From Octopus sinensis (taxonomy: Eukaryota), in NCBI RefSeq assembly GCF_006345805.1, contig NC_042999.1, positions 93,992,001-94,056,000 of the forward strand: a stretch of 64,000 bases of DNA, read 5' to 3'. The translations under genes and the position numbers were made by a program. The notes below the pieces were generated by a model. The model saw nothing but the letters and a program-made list of their open reading frames with translations, was not told the origin of the DNA and ran no database searches. The number at the start of each line of letters is the position of its first letter. The first letter of the stretch is position 1. This document shows, piece after piece, positions 13,242-29,419 of the stretch.

Positions 13242-13272
13242 ATATATATATATATCATATATATATATATAT
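12628..13272. repeat. Degenerate (TA)n tract containing a ~309-bp tandem duplication
   Basis: Interruption patterns repeat at +309 (TAGATACATT at 12741 and 13050; TAGATATATACATATATTA at 12783 and 13092). Confidence 0.85.
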
Positions 13273-13385
13273 ATTCCCTTCTTTCCTGAGCTTCCAATAA
13301 TACTTTATTTGTTCCACGTCCTCGCGTTGCTGTGTTTTTTTGTTTTTTGGTTTTTTTGTGTTTTCTTGTTTGGATTAACTATATA
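13273..13385 (+). mobile_element. Truncated copy of the repeat family at 29826-30060
   Basis: TATTTGTTCCACGTCCTCGCGTTG and TTGGATTAACTATAT match the reverse complement of 29826-29900. Confidence 0.75.
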
Positions 13386-13390
13386 TATAT

Positions 13391-13902
<512 letters not shown>

Positions 13903-14578
13903 ATATAAATCAAAAGCCAAATTGATGGTGTAGAGCAGGTAAAATCTGGTTACATATGTTACCTAGCTAGTAATAATTGCTCAAGGAGTAATGCTCAGCT
14001 AGCTACTCACCAGGCCGAAGTTACATTAATTGTATGAAAGTTATTGTGCTATTATGGAATCCCAATTAAATACACACGCACACACACACATTTATGTATA
14101 TATAAAATATTCCAACGTCAACTAACGAAAATTGACTTAACGAAATAGGGAGAAGTCTCCACCTTTTATTTTACTTTCTATAAATGTAAATATACCTGCG
14201 TGTGTGTGTATGTGTATGTGTGTGTGAGTGCGTGTGTGTTTGCCTATCTACCTGTCTGTATGTGTGTCCGTCTTTGTGTGCATGCCTAAGCACATGAATG
14301 TCAATGCATATATGTGCGTGTGTGCGCGCGCGTTTGCTTATGCTTGTGTGTGGTGGCGGTGGTGGTGGTGGTGGTGGTGGTGGTGGGCGGGATACTTGTA
14401 TTTAAATATTTTCGGTAAGTAGGAGAATATTATACTGAATAAACTTTTGTATCTACTTTTGAAATGTAAACAAAAATGTATTTCGCTTGTTCTGGAACTG
14501 AAACCGGGGAGAAACAAAATTTTCACATACACATGCATTCACCGAATGCTTACCAAAAACATTACTCAGATGTCTATG

Positions 14579-14615
<37 letters not shown>

Positions 14616-14988
14616 GTATACTCACATGTATAAATACACACATACACTCATGTGTATATCTATGTATTTATATTATACATATATACATATTTCATTTCTG
14701 TATTTAGTTTGCAAAGATTCTTTATGTGAATTTGTATGTTGAAGCATATCTTAATGTGTCTGGGGAGAGTCATTCTCATTTAGCGCTTTATTCTGTAACA
14801 CACACGCCGGTTCGATTTCCCCTCATTCACTTATTCATTTTTTTCTAACGAAAATAATATGCAAGATTGGACGAAAATTTAAGAAAAATTAAATAAATGA
14901 GTGGAAATTAAACTGGTGAGCGTGTTAATTAATAAAGCCCGAAAAGAGAATGACTTTCCCCAAAATATATATATGTGTGTGTGTGTGT

Positions 14989-15044
<56 letters not shown>

Positions 15045-15408
15045 ATGTATATATATATATATTTACATTTACACGCACACACACATACGCACACTGAAGC
15101 ACGTACACAAATACACACAAACACACGCACGACAAAAAATATTGAGTGAAATGTATAGAGAAATCTGTGTGCAAGCGTATAAAATAACCTTAATATGCAA
15201 TTCAAAGGTCTTCATAACAATTCTATATAAAGGGTGCACGTGTCCATTGTATTTTCAGGCTCTTACACTTTCATTTAGTGGGTAGTTACTTTTCATGGTT
15301 ATACAAATCCATGATCAGCAGATCATCTCCGAAACTGACGGATGAACCAACACACATTTAGACAGACACACGCGCGCGCAGAATGTGTGTGTGTAAATAT
15401 AAATATAA

Positions 15409-15454
<46 letters not shown>

Positions 15455-17142
15455 ATATATATATATATATATATATACATAAACACATGTATATGTACAT
15501 AAACATATATATATATAGTTAAATAGATAGATAGATGATAGATAGAAAGATAAATAAATAAATATTTGTTTCTATACATAAGCATGTATGTATGTAAATG
15601 TGTATGCATTTATGTATGTATGTATATCGTTTGAGTGTGTGTCATATGAATGCATTACGAGTTATAGATAGATATCGAAGACTGTGAAGAGATAAACATA
15701 GATATAGATGACGTTCGTGTGTGTGTGTATGTTTGTGTGTCAGTGTGCATATTTCTGTGTGTGTGTGTGTGTGTGTGTGCATGTGTCTTTATGCAATTGT
15801 ATTATTCGTGTCTGTATATTTGAGCATGTGTGTATGCGTATGTTTGTGCATGCTCACACGCGTATACGTCTGTGTTTTATACACACGTGTACGACAACTT
15901 AGTCTCTGACACTTCCTATATCTGTCTTTCTCTCCTCTTCTCACTCTGTGCATGTCATTACCAGCTGACTGCAAATTTTCTTTCACTAAAGCAACAAGAA
16001 GAAATTAACAAGTTATAGAAAAATCTGATGGGTACGTACATCTAATGTAAATATTAGGGAAACTATTCCTCTGGAATCTGACACTAACTTATATAGTAAA
16101 ACACCCTAACGACTCTATTCTTCTCCGAAACACCACACAGAGTAGTTTTCTTTCAAATTCTGCCTCACCACCGTCAACATTTCCACACCTAACTCACATA
16201 TCCGTATTGTTCGCTTCGTAGTTGCAAATAATCTCTCCAATTCAATTTCTTCTCCATTCTTACTCTCCTTTTCTAATCTGTTGTGTATCTGTTTTATACC
16301 ATACCGCTTTTCATTTCCATGCACACCAATAAACTCTTTATATTTTCTATCTTCTTCGTCGTTATTTTTTCTTCCTTTTCTGAGTTTTCCATCCAGACAC
16401 TTTCACTTTCTTCAATATTTCATATCATCACTCTTTTTTCACTCTTTGTTTTTCCTGTACTTCTCTTTTCTCCTTGGCACTCTCAATCTTTGTCTTCCTG
16501 TGCCTGTCTCACGATCACTCATTCATTCATTCACTATCACACTCTTCCAAAACCTCTCTCTTTCTCTCTCCTTTCTCCATCACATACTCTTACTCGCTCT
16601 CCTTTCTCTTCTCCCCTCTCTCTCTCTCTCTATGTATCTGTCTACACATCTATCTCTTTATCAACAATAAATCAAAAACAAAAGAGACTGACAGCCCAAA
16701 TAAAATACACAGAATATTGTCTGTCTTGCTAGTCCACTTTCTCATACTCTTACTCTTCACCTTCTTTGTTTTCTCCTCCCTATTCGCCTTCTTCTCCTCC
16801 TCCTCTTCCTTCTCCTTTCTCTCTTTCGCCTTCTCCTCCTCTTTTCCATTACGTCTTCTTCTTTCAATTGTATGTATGGTTTGCTCAAGGTGGGCACTGA
16901 CCACATTACTTCTATCATGGAAAAACTGCCGGTCTGCACACTTGGAAGAATTTGTCTACACAAGTACTGGAATTACCATTTCTAACTTTCTTCACATCAA
17001 TTTAACCATGGAAATTATAGAGGAATGTATGTAAACACTATCACCTCAGTATCATAAAAGAATTACCAAAAACAAAAACAAGTTTATACATACATACATA
17101 CTTACACACACATACATACTACGCACACGCACACACACAAAC

Positions 17143-17233
<91 letters not shown>

Positions 17234-18623
17234 CATATATACATGAAATTGCATACATTCGCTCATACAGTGTATCAACTTATATCCGCATAGATTTTTC
17301 GTAATCCTTTCGTCTCATGGATATATTAGTCGTATTCCACAAAGAGCATTGATAGTAAAGTACAGAGTACAGATACTTTGGTAAAGAAAAATTAAAAGGT
17401 ATCTTACTGAAAGTAATTAAAGCAAATATATTTTTATATAATTTCAAAATTACAAGGAGCAAAATTGATGTAGAAAATACCACAGCGTTGTAACTTCTTT
17501 AAATCTTGTTGCTAGCAAAACAAAAATCAGAGAAAAGAATTCTTCCTTCTTCCATTAGAATTCAATTCATAATTTTAAAATTAACACTCAGTATTTAACT
17601 GATATATTATTATTTTAGGAGAGTTATCATACATAATTACAGTTTCAACCACGTTGTATTTATATGTTTCTCCGTTGTTTTACATTTCATCTGGTCCCTT
17701 CTTTACACTGGATGTAAACAACTACTTTTCTCTCCTCTTCGCTCGTCCTTCCTTCACGCTGATTCTGACTCTCTATTTTAATGTTTTTCTTTCCGTCTCT
17801 ATTTTAGTTTCTTTCTTTCCGTCTCTCTATTTCCCCTGTTCTTCATGATATTAATATCTATATCTATAGGGATATCTATAAATATATAACTTTAATTGAC
17901 AACGTAACAACTCCTATGAGTGTATGAGGTTAATTTATAAGAAATAGCTTTGAGAAGTAACAGGGGGAACAAAAAATCCTGAAAGTAACGTACTGATAAC
18001 CTGCTGTGAATTATTAGAATACATAGAAGATAAAAGAAAAATAATAATTGAAATACAAAATTATGCAACAATCGACATGCAATAAGTAAGATCAAAGGAT
18101 ACAAACTTTCACAAGAATCTGTTAACAAAACTCATTTCAACTACTTCACAACTAATTCTATCTGAATCATCTTTATCTGTTGCTTTATCAACCTCTCTTT
18201 CAGTTTTTGTCTCTCCCTACAACAACAATTACTACTGTTAATAGTACTGGTTAATAATTTTATTCATCTTGCCAATAATTCTCGTTGCATTTGCATATAT
18301 ATATATGTGTGTGTGTGTGTGTATTGTATACACACACAGAGAAGATCATATATAAAACATGTGATCGTGTTCAGGATTTACCATTGCCGAAGTCTAAGGT
18401 TTGTCATATTACTGTTTATTATTTATACGTACATGTCTATACACGTATACGTAATGTCCTGTTGTATTTGACTGTGTCTGTTTGGTTATGTAATAAGTCC
18501 GATTAACTTCTAATAATGTAAATCTATGACATGAACAACGGTAGATCTTACATCATGTGCATATATCTGATAAGCAGCCACATTGGCAAACAGTTACTGT
18601 AACTTTATAAGAACTGTTTCCAA

Positions 18624-18624
<1 letters not shown>

Positions 18625-18690
<66 letters not shown>

Positions 18691-18755
18691 CACAGATAGA
18701 TAGACAGTTAGATAGAGAGACAATCAGACAGACAGACAAAGAGACAGACAGATAT

Positions 18756-18792
<37 letters not shown>

Positions 18793-18814
18793 GAGATAGA
18801 TAGATAGATAGATC

Positions 18815-18907
<93 letters not shown>
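18625..18907. repeat. (TA)n followed by a long (TAGA)n/(CAGA)n array
   Basis: Direct inspection. Confidence 0.95.
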
Positions 18908-19306
18908 GGCTATACTTCTGTAACACACGTTGAAGCACATTCATGGTGCGACGCAATATGGCATGTACAGACATACACATTCATACACACACAAACAAAC
19001 ACACATCCATATGAGTGTGTGTGTGAGCACCACTTTTAATTTAGTAGTTCCAAGACACTGGAGAATAGCACATATACTAAATCTTTGTCTAAGTCATTAT
19101 CATGCGAACCACCTAAATTATCTGAATATATACACATACACACACACACAAACGCGCGCACAGACACACACACACATATATATGTTTGTATGGAGATACA
19201 TCTACAGGCATAGATGTATATATTCACACATATATAAAGATATATGTATAAATATATATGTATATGTGTGTGTGTCTGTATACATATATATAAACATATA
19301 TACACG

Positions 19307-19337
<31 letters not shown>

Positions 19338-19340
19338 CAC

Positions 19341-19372
<32 letters not shown>

Positions 19373-19674
19373 ACATGGTTAACTACATAAGGAAGCGGAT
19401 TTCTATGGGGTTAATATATTTTTAAAATATCAGTTGGGATTTGCGGTTGGAAAAATTTTCAAGAAAATCCCAAGAAAATACTCAAGCTAAAAATATATAA
19501 TATACAGTATAAAAAAAATAATCAAAATCTTGTGCACACACAACACAGGCACACACATACATACACCTGCATACATATACTCTGACACACATACACACAC
19601 ATACAAATACTCACGCTGATAGCCATTTATGCACTTTCGCTTTTATATACATATTAGCGTTTATAATACTTATA

Positions 19675-19725
<51 letters not shown>

Positions 19726-19734
19726 GAGAGAGAA

Positions 19735-19769
<35 letters not shown>

Positions 19770-20107
19770 AAGAGAGACATGATGCATATATGTGTGTTTG
19801 TGTTGATTTATATTTATGTATATACATACTTGTAGAAAAACATGTGCATGTGTGTGTATATGTATAGTACAACGCATGATGAGTCAATTGCTTCATATAC
19901 ATAACGCGTCATACGTCAATATACACATTGTCAGATTATATGAAAATTCAACACGTGTTTCGAACAACATCCTCGATCATTACAACAATGTCGTTATGCC
20001 GCTATGTATATACCGACGTAATTTGCATATGTCAAACAGGTCTTGATTCAACTTCATATACGTAAATAGACGCACACACAGACACACACACACGCACACA
20101 GATATAG

Positions 20108-20157
<50 letters not shown>

Positions 20158-20167
20158 TATATATATA

Positions 20168-20218
<51 letters not shown>

Positions 20219-21182
20219 GTATACACACGCTATATACATATGTACATATATATGTATGCTTGTATGAATATATATATATGCATGTGTGTATACGTTACAT
20301 ATATGCAAAGATACATACATGCATACATAAACACACACGCGTGTATATACACACATATATAGATGCGTGTGTGTGCATCTAAGTGTTTGTATTCAAATAC
20401 ACAGACGGTACATATTCTCACATTGTAGTTTAGAAAACTACACCAGTCACTTAAGTGTATGCGACTACATTTTCCCGAAGTTCACGTTCTCCACATCAAA
20501 AATCAGAGCCTAATATTCAACCGGGGTAGAGTTTTAAGGCCCAAAGATCTTAATATGTGGCGAAAGAAACTAAGAAAACTACTTCGAGTGAATGCAAATC
20601 TAGTCAAAAAAAAGTACCTGGTTAACTTTCTCTCTAGGATTTCAGATAAACCATCACAACATGTAATGCAAATGGGGGAACGACGTCAAATTCCATTATT
20701 CACCAAATTTGAAGGCATTTAAACCACCTGTAATTGCATGGTCGTTACATTTCTATATCTAAGTATCTGTAAATATATGTGTGCGCGCGTGTGTGTGTAT
20801 AAGCATTACATATGTAGGTGTATATGCATGAGAGCGCACGTGTGTGTGGATATTCATATATATACTAACATACATATATGTATGTATACATCCTACACAC
20901 GTGTGTGTATGTATATATACATATATATGTACATACAGAAACATGTGTAGGATATGTATAAGTATGTATACATGCATATATGCAGGTTAGTATGTATATG
21001 CATTTACACATACACATACACGGTCTCATGCATATACACCTATATATGCTATATGTATATGTAATGCATCAACACACACATGCACACAGACATATCTATA
21101 TTTATTTACATATATTTAGATATAGAAATGTACGTGCATAAGTGTATATACACATACCCACATATTCTACACAAATACATTC

Positions 21183-21215
<33 letters not shown>

Positions 21216-21339
21216 TATTTATACATACATATAGAAAAACCTATGTGTACGCACACACACTCACATACGCATACGCTTATATATCTATTAATATTCTTAT
21301 AAGCAAGTATTTATATTTTATTGCTTTTCCTCTAATTTG

Positions 21340-21402
<63 letters not shown>

Positions 21403-21681
21403 CGTATGTATGTATTTACTAATGTATATATATAATCTTTATATTATGTATTTTTGTATACGTACGTGTCATATTGCTTATATACACAGTTACTTTCAAT
21501 ATGTATATATAATTAAAATTACCCATTCTAAAATATATCCGTAGTACTGTATGTCTGTGCATCTGTGCATGTTTGCGTGTTTGTGAGTGTGTGAGTATGC
21601 ATATGATCGTCTTTGGTATAACCCTGTTCGCTTCACAGCATTTATGTTGAACTTGTTAAGTGCACTAAATATTTAGCAATT

Positions 21682-21720
<39 letters not shown>

Positions 21721-22489
21721 ATGTATCTATGTATGTATCTATGAATGCATGCATGGGCAGATGGCTGGAGATATATATATATATGTGTGTGTGTGTGGAT
21801 GGATGGATAGATGGATGCATTGATGGTTGGATGGATGGATGGATGGATGGATACTGTAATTGTCAGTAAAGTTGCGAAAATAACTACTGACACACCAACA
21901 TATTATTTATGTGTGAATTACAGAATTTTCTCCTCTTTAGTGTGAATCTCCCTCACACATACATATTCGTTCTGTCTGTCTCTCTCTCTCAGTCCCGCTG
22001 TGTCTCTTCTTTTCTGTGTGTGTTTTTTTGCACAGCACTCTCTCCTTATATCTGTATTGACGAAATTTCAAGTGACATAACAATAGAACTGTCATTCTAA
22101 TCGTTTGCACTTCAGCTTCTCTAAATTGGGTGTGGCATACGCGAAAGTGGTCGTGTGTAAAAAAAGCGTTAGAGATCAACACATAAGCGTACTGAAAACG
22201 TACATTCATAAACTACAACATGTAAATACATGTTATGAAATATGTCGTGCTTGCGCTCTCCTCTTCCTGATGATCTCACTTCTATTTTCAATATACTTTC
22301 TTCTTTCTCTCAGTGTTAAATATTTTCTACTTACGGATGCAAATCACATTGTTTACTGTGTATTTAAATTGCATCATCGAAAAAAGAATATTTGAAAAAT
22401 AATTTTTTTATTTGCGCGGTGCTTGAGGCGCTTGGATGTTTCTATGTACTTATATATTGCACACAGGAGCAATCATAAACAAACGCGCT

Positions 22490-22542
<53 letters not shown>

Positions 22543-23274
22543 TATATAATATATTATATATATATATAATATATGTATATATATCACACACATAAATATA
22601 TATTTATTTACATGTATATGTACACACACACACACACACATATATATATATGTATATATATATATTATACACATATACACATATATATTTATATACATAT
22701 ATATATATACATACATAAATTCATACACTCACACAGACACTTTCATATATACAGACGTAAACACATTGCTTCACAAGTGATGATTCATATATGCCTTCTC
22801 CCTATTATTCGTAAACAAGAGATGAATTGATTAAAAGTTTATTCCTTTCTCAGGTCCGCTCACTTATTCTGTTATTCTATTTCCCTTTCTCTCACTGAAT
22901 ACCCACCTCTACCTCCATGATATGAACACGCAGACACATACAGATGATATATGTGTGAGTTAATATACACACATGTATATGAGGTATACACCTATTCACT
23001 ATTATAGTAGCTAAACACATGTGTACTATAAATACTTTTCAATGAATCTTCAGCTGACAATCTGTATTAGCATATACGCGTATTACATATGTTTTGTATG
23101 TGTACATAGATGTACACATATATATATAAACGCACATAAACACATCACAAACGTTCATACGCGTGTATATATGTGAATCTACAACAACATGAACTTCCAA
23201 CCCTGTTGTCTCTTGAGGTCTCTGGGTGAGACTTGGAGCCAACTTGTACAAATATAAAGCAAAAGTCAAACATA

Positions 23275-23333
<59 letters not shown>

Positions 23334-23403
23334 TGACAACTAAAGAATGAATGAGACCTCGATATTATGTAAACAGAGGAAATTATCTATAATATATGTG
23401 ACA

Positions 23404-23542
23404 AATTAGTCAGTTACCATAATAAAACTCAGGGTTTCGGATGTCGGGGCAGACTTCTGCCCCTGCATCTCGTCAGTTATTAAGACAAAAAACATGCTAT
23501 GACATCCGAAATTCTGAATTTTATTATGGCAATTAACTAATT
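23404..23542. mobile_element. 139-bp MITE-like element with 42-bp terminal inverted repeats
   Basis: 23404-23445 versus the reverse complement of 23501-23542: 36/42 identical. Internal perfect hairpin GGGGCAGA-CT-TCTGCCCC. Confidence 0.75.
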
Positions 23543-23569
23543 CTCACATATTATATATATATATGTTAT

Positions 23570-23673
<104 letters not shown>

Positions 23674-23721
23674 CTTATACATATTTATGGATATATATAT
23701 ATATATACATATATGCTTATG

Positions 23722-23764
<43 letters not shown>

Positions 23765-23998
23765 CATATATACACACAAGTATGTATATGTATATATATA
23801 CATATTATTATACATATATATATATAGATAGTTAGATAGATAGATAGACAGATATATAGTAGATAGATATGCATATATATATATACATATACACACACAC
23901 ATATATATATATATATATTTATATAAAGCATATTACTCTACCACTGGTATTTGAGTACGCTATTTTCCACTTGTTTCACATTTATGTGTTTACTCCGG

Positions 23999-24064
<66 letters not shown>

Positions 24065-27000
24065 ATGTATGAATATATGTGTATGTCTGTGTGTGTTTGT
24101 GTGGTTTGTGTATTGAGAAAAAGTAACAGTAATAATCGAATCATAAGCACATCGACATTCTTATGATTGAGCTTTACTTTACATTGTTGAACTGAGTTTA
24201 TTTGATGCAAAAGAGTTGCATTTTGTCTTACCAATGCCATTATATATATTCTCAATATCTGAAAAGTAGAAATGAATTGACATCAGTTATTCATTATTAT
24301 TTTAATCATTATGTTTTTGCATTCATTATTGAACTCGTGTTACTGTCAATGTTAGCAATGTCCTTTGTGTTCACTTAAGTTTTTAAGTCCGATTAGAGCA
24401 CTTGTCATAATTTGTTTGGTTTGTGATTATTTCCGAAAAGTTAGAGCTTTATCTGAATGCAAAGTGTAGTATACGATTCTGTAAGTTTGTAAAATTGACA
24501 TTATAGATACCCTCCAGACACCCTCCAAACATATATATGTTAGATATACATACATACACACACACGCATGCACATACACACACACATACACACATGTAAA
24601 CAGTTTTATTAATATATATATATATTTGCTTGCAAAAGCCTGTTCTTTCCATCAAACTTTCGTATCTCCACTTGCTTCAGGTCCCAAGATATCAAAAATT
24701 GTCAAAGTGTAGTACAACGGTTTTGCTATGGAATGGTGAAGCACTTTTTTTCGGTTTCTGAAAAAGATACGTTTTGGACTTACAACACTTTTTGCATTAA
24801 CAGCAACGAAATATATAATACACACACATATAAATTAACATATACATACATGCATAGATACATCCTTCCTGACTGATGATAAAAGCCATGTAATTAACTT
24901 ACTGTACTCGTAAATCTAATTACTTCAGAAAAGCTTTGTTTACAAACGTCGATAATAACTAGGGAAATTATAATCTTAAATTTTTAATTGTTCGTGTATA
25001 TTTAGGAACACAAATTTATGTAGACATGTATGTGTGTTGTTTTGCAACGTACATGTTTCTTTCTTTCAATTTATAAACAGCAATAACTCCCTGTTTTATT
25101 ATTGGAAATAAATTTTCGTAAATATGATATATGGAACGTCTTAGAAAACTATTCTTTAGTGGATTGCTTGACAGATAAACATCTCTGTCTTCAACGAAGT
25201 GTTTGTCTTCCAAATGTTACACTTGTGTTCATTTTTGCGGTACAAAATGATTTTGTTGTTATTCGTTGTTTGAACTTTTTGCATTACCTCAGACACAAAC
25301 CATCATTAATTTCCCCGGATTTTATTACTCTCTGTATTTATACCGGTGCATCTTGAAGTGGTATTAAATAAATTTTCTGAATTCACTATACTGAATATCC
25401 TCAAGTATGAAATGATATTCATTTATTGAAGTATGAAATCTACCTAGAAATTTCCATGAATTTTTCTATATACTTCAAAGACATATTTAACTGTAAATTG
25501 CACTTTCTTCCTCCACTTGGTTTTCTTCCTTAGAGTAAAATGTAAATTAATAGCTGAGGGCGGCGTGGAATGTTACGCCGAATAAGTATTACTGTCTTCA
25601 TATTAAAATTCATGCTTACATCATCATTATATTTTCCATAACTAATATGTTAGTCTTGTTCTCTTACATTTTTTATGACAAACGTATAAAAAGTAAAATT
25701 ATTCTTGGGAGGTGTTTTACTTTTGAAAACCGAGCTAGAGCCTTTATTTTCTTTCTTCATTCCATTTCAAGCTGTTAGTTTTTCTATCGTTCATTCATGC
25801 ATAATTCCATCCAACCATCCATACTTTCTTTCTTTCTTTCATGCTTTCTTTCTTTCTTTCTGTCTTTCTTTCTTTTCTTCTTTGTGATCATCCTTATCGT
25901 TGGTACAATCGTTCTCCTATATCCTTTATCACTTAGTGAACTCATGACTAATCATTTGGTCGTTTTCTCTGCTTTGTCCTCTTCCTACTCCACCATCACT
26001 ACCACCATCACAGTTGCCTCCATTACAATCATCACAAGCACCGCCATTACGGCTACTGTACTCTGACTTTCCTGGGTACTCTTACACTTGGGCATATACA
26101 TATAGTGTCACATGTGGGTGTGAATATCTACCAAATTTTCACACCCTTAGCCAATTAATAAGGTATGTACGCATGTACACAGTTGTTTGACAAACAGCTA
26201 CATTTTTCTAAAGACGACTTGCACTACATATTATTGGACACTTTAACTATACCTACAAATCGATGGCATGGTCATGATGGGAATGCTGAAGTCTGTGTGC
26301 ATGCCTACAAATAGTCTTGTGGTTAAACTACAATAATTCTGGGTACTTAAATAGTTAAAGTACACGTTATTGTGAAGGATATGTTCGCACACATGCACTA
26401 GTATAGAGCAACAGGTGGTTTGTTCGGACTTCCTTTTTGGATATCCCTTTGTCAGAGGTAACAGTATTAGTCTCACAACTTGTGAGATATATTTAAAAAT
26501 TTTCTCTTTACTGTTAGTCTAGTGTGCATTGGAAATGCAGCTCCCATGACGCCAGGAGTTGTGTGATGAAGAGCCGAAGTTCAATTTAAACAGAAAACGA
26601 AGGCTGATCACTTACAACTTCGAGGACTCTGATGAACACAACTAATATGTAGCAGCTGATGCTGAGCCAAACCTCAACTGTACCGCCCTCCTTCATTGCG
26701 AACAAAAGGAATATATGAAATAAGCACACAAGTTGTGTTTCCCAGACTAAACTACATTTGATAAGTAAAATATGGTTCAGACGTGTGGATTTTATTTCAT
26801 GTTGCACAGTTCTACATAACTAAAACAAACTTGTGCTGGTACAGCTCTACGACCCCGTCTTTCTCGTGCCCTCTTTCTCTCTGTCTTTCCCCTCCATTTC
26901 TTTATATCTTCCTTTTTCTTCCTCTCTCCTCTTTCTCTCTCTTTCTCTCCTTATCTCTCACTACCAGCAGCAGTTACATACTTGATGCTAGATTCGATCA

Positions 27001-27127
27001 AACGAGGAAAAATCAAGAGAATGTATGTGCCTCCGCGCGGCTAGATAGGGGGCTAAAAGAATTTGCGGAAACAGGGTACACGTTACCAAGTTGTGCTTGT
27101 TAATGACAGTTGTTGTACATGAGATAT

Positions 27128-27200
<73 letters not shown>

Positions 27201-28251
27201 GCTGCATCAGTTTTACATTGATTCTTCAACTAACAATAACTGTCAACATTGATATTCCAAGAAAAAGGAAATCGGTGTTGACATTAAATATATGAATTAA
27301 TTTTTTCATATCAATACGCATTATTTAGTGAACTAGGTAATCATAATGTGTAAGTTCCCAAGTCAACACCAAACTTCACCCATCATGTCTGTCATTAACC
27401 AAACAGTTAAAGGGAATATTTAAATTAGACATAAATAATTTAAGGGGATAATTCGGTGTTTAGTCCATTGAAATGGTATGTAATAACAACAAAGAAGCAA
27501 AATACTAATGTCAATATATAGGACCAACAAGTACTTCAAAATATAAGCAATTTTTACGTTACAAATATTTTTCCTTTTGTTTAAGTTTCCTCATTATTAA
27601 ACGACACTTCTGAAAATACAGGAACAAAAGTTTTAGATTAATCGTTTGGCAAGCGTATGGATCAGCCCACTATACAAACACAAAAAAACATCTAGGGAAA
27701 ATATCAAAAGGTAATAATACAAACACAGCTTAAAATATTATAATTGACAGAGTATATTCACATTTCAAAATCAGTTTTTTCTTAATACTTTGCATAAAGC
27801 AACGAACGCTTTCGATAATAGCACTATCCCATTTGTGAAGGATTGAAAGTCTGTCACTAACTTGTGCGAATAAAAGCTAGGGAATAATTTTAATTCTTAA
27901 TTAGTTTCCGGTATTTTGATTTATCTTTTGACATAATTGACATAGCGCTGTCAAAACCGAGTCTTGTTTTGCAATATCTTTGTTATTTGCCGCTTGATAA
28001 ATATAAAGAAATTATATAGGTGTCAAATAATTTAACAAAAAGTTACATATCTTTCTGTATACATACATATATATTCGTACACGCACACATGCACACACAC
28101 ATTTATATATGTGTTTGTGTCTTTATGAGTGTGTATATATATATATATACATATATATATACATATATGCAATTATAAATATATATTTCTGTAAGCCTGT
28201 GATGTAAGTATATATAATATACATATGCGTGTGGATATGGATATAAGCACG

Positions 28252-28614
28252 CTCAGCGTGGCTGTGTGGTAACAAGCTTGCTTCCTAACCACATGGTTCT
28301 CGGTTCAGTTCCACCGCGTAGTACTTTGGGCAAGTGTCTTCTACTATGACTTCGGGCTGACCAAAAACTTGTGAGTGGATTTGGTAGACTGAAAGACGCC
28401 CGCCGTATATCAATGTGCGTGTAAGTGTGTGTGTGTTTGTCTCTTTTGTTTTCCCGCTATCGCTTGACATCCGATGTTGGTGTGTTTACGTCTTTTATGC
28501 AATAAGTACTAAGCTTACAAAGAATAAGTCATGGGGTCGATTCATTCATCTAAAGGCGGTGGTCTAACATGGCAGCAGTCAAATGACTGAAACAGGTAAA
28601 CGAATAAAAGAATA
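28252..28614 (+). mobile_element. SINE family 1, full length
   Basis: Head GCGTGGCTGTGTGGTAACAAGCTTGCTTCC through the tail CAGTCAAATGACTGAAACAGGTAAACGAATAAAAGAAT. Confidence 0.9.
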
Positions 28615-28711
28615 TACACATATATCTGTATGGATGGATGCATGTATGTATGTACATGCGTACATATATACGTATGTATTTATATATATATATATATATA
28701 TATAAATATAC

Positions 28712-28753
<42 letters not shown>

Positions 28754-28754
<1 letters not shown>

Positions 28755-29092
28755 AAGGCGCATGGCTCAGTGGTTAGAGCGTCGAGCTTACGATCGTGAG
28801 GTTGTGAGCTCGAATCCCGGACCGGGCTGCGTGTTGTGTTCTCGAGCAAGGCACTTTATGTCACGTTGCTCCAGTTCACTCAGCTGTAGAAATGAGTTGC
28901 GACGTCACTGGTGCCAAGCTGTATCGACCTTTGTCTTTCCCTTGGATAACACTGGTGGCGTGGAGAGGGGAGGCTGGTATGCATGGGCGACTGCTGGCCT
29001 TCCATAAACAACCTTGCCCGGACTTGTGTCTAGGAGGGTAACTTTCTAGGTGCAATCCCATGGTCATTCATGACCGAAGGGGGTCTTTACCC
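28754..29092 (+). mobile_element. SINE family 3 (tRNA-derived), full length
   Basis: A box TGGCTCAGTGG (28763) and B box GCTCGAATCC (28808). The head is followed by a long non-tRNA body with CAGTTCACTCAGCTGTAGAAATG and a 3' stem-loop GGTCA-TTCA-TGACC. Confidence 0.9.
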
Positions 29093-29094
29093 AT

Positions 29095-29134
<40 letters not shown>

Positions 29135-29218
29135 TATATGTACATATATATATATATATATATATGTACATATATATATATATATATAATATATATATAT
29201 ATATATTATATATATATG

Positions 29219-29276
<58 letters not shown>

Positions 29277-29305
29277 CATATATATATATATATATATGTA
29301 CATAC

Positions 29306-29342
<37 letters not shown>

Positions 29343-29419
29343 ATGAATATATGTATATAATGCAAGATTATGCGTTGTGTATTAGCTCAGTCCCTTCATC
29401 AAATCCACATTGCCAGAAC

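Noticed and set aside
16281-17034. Overlapping 129-186-aa ORFs, and a possible plus-strand exon ending at a GTATGT donor (~17027)
   Set aside because: Driven by a long pyrimidine (CT/CTT) tract. The unique tail has no recognisable motif or clear acceptor.
20459-20722. 87-aa ORF with a pyrimidine-rich acceptor at ~20637
   Set aside because: No donor, no recognisable domain, no partner exons.
26100-26780. Coding-like composition suggesting a decayed transposon
   Set aside because: No family motif could be read in any frame with confidence.
28754-28830. tRNA gene
   Set aside because: Has A and B boxes but no complete cloverleaf, and it continues into a SINE body and tail.
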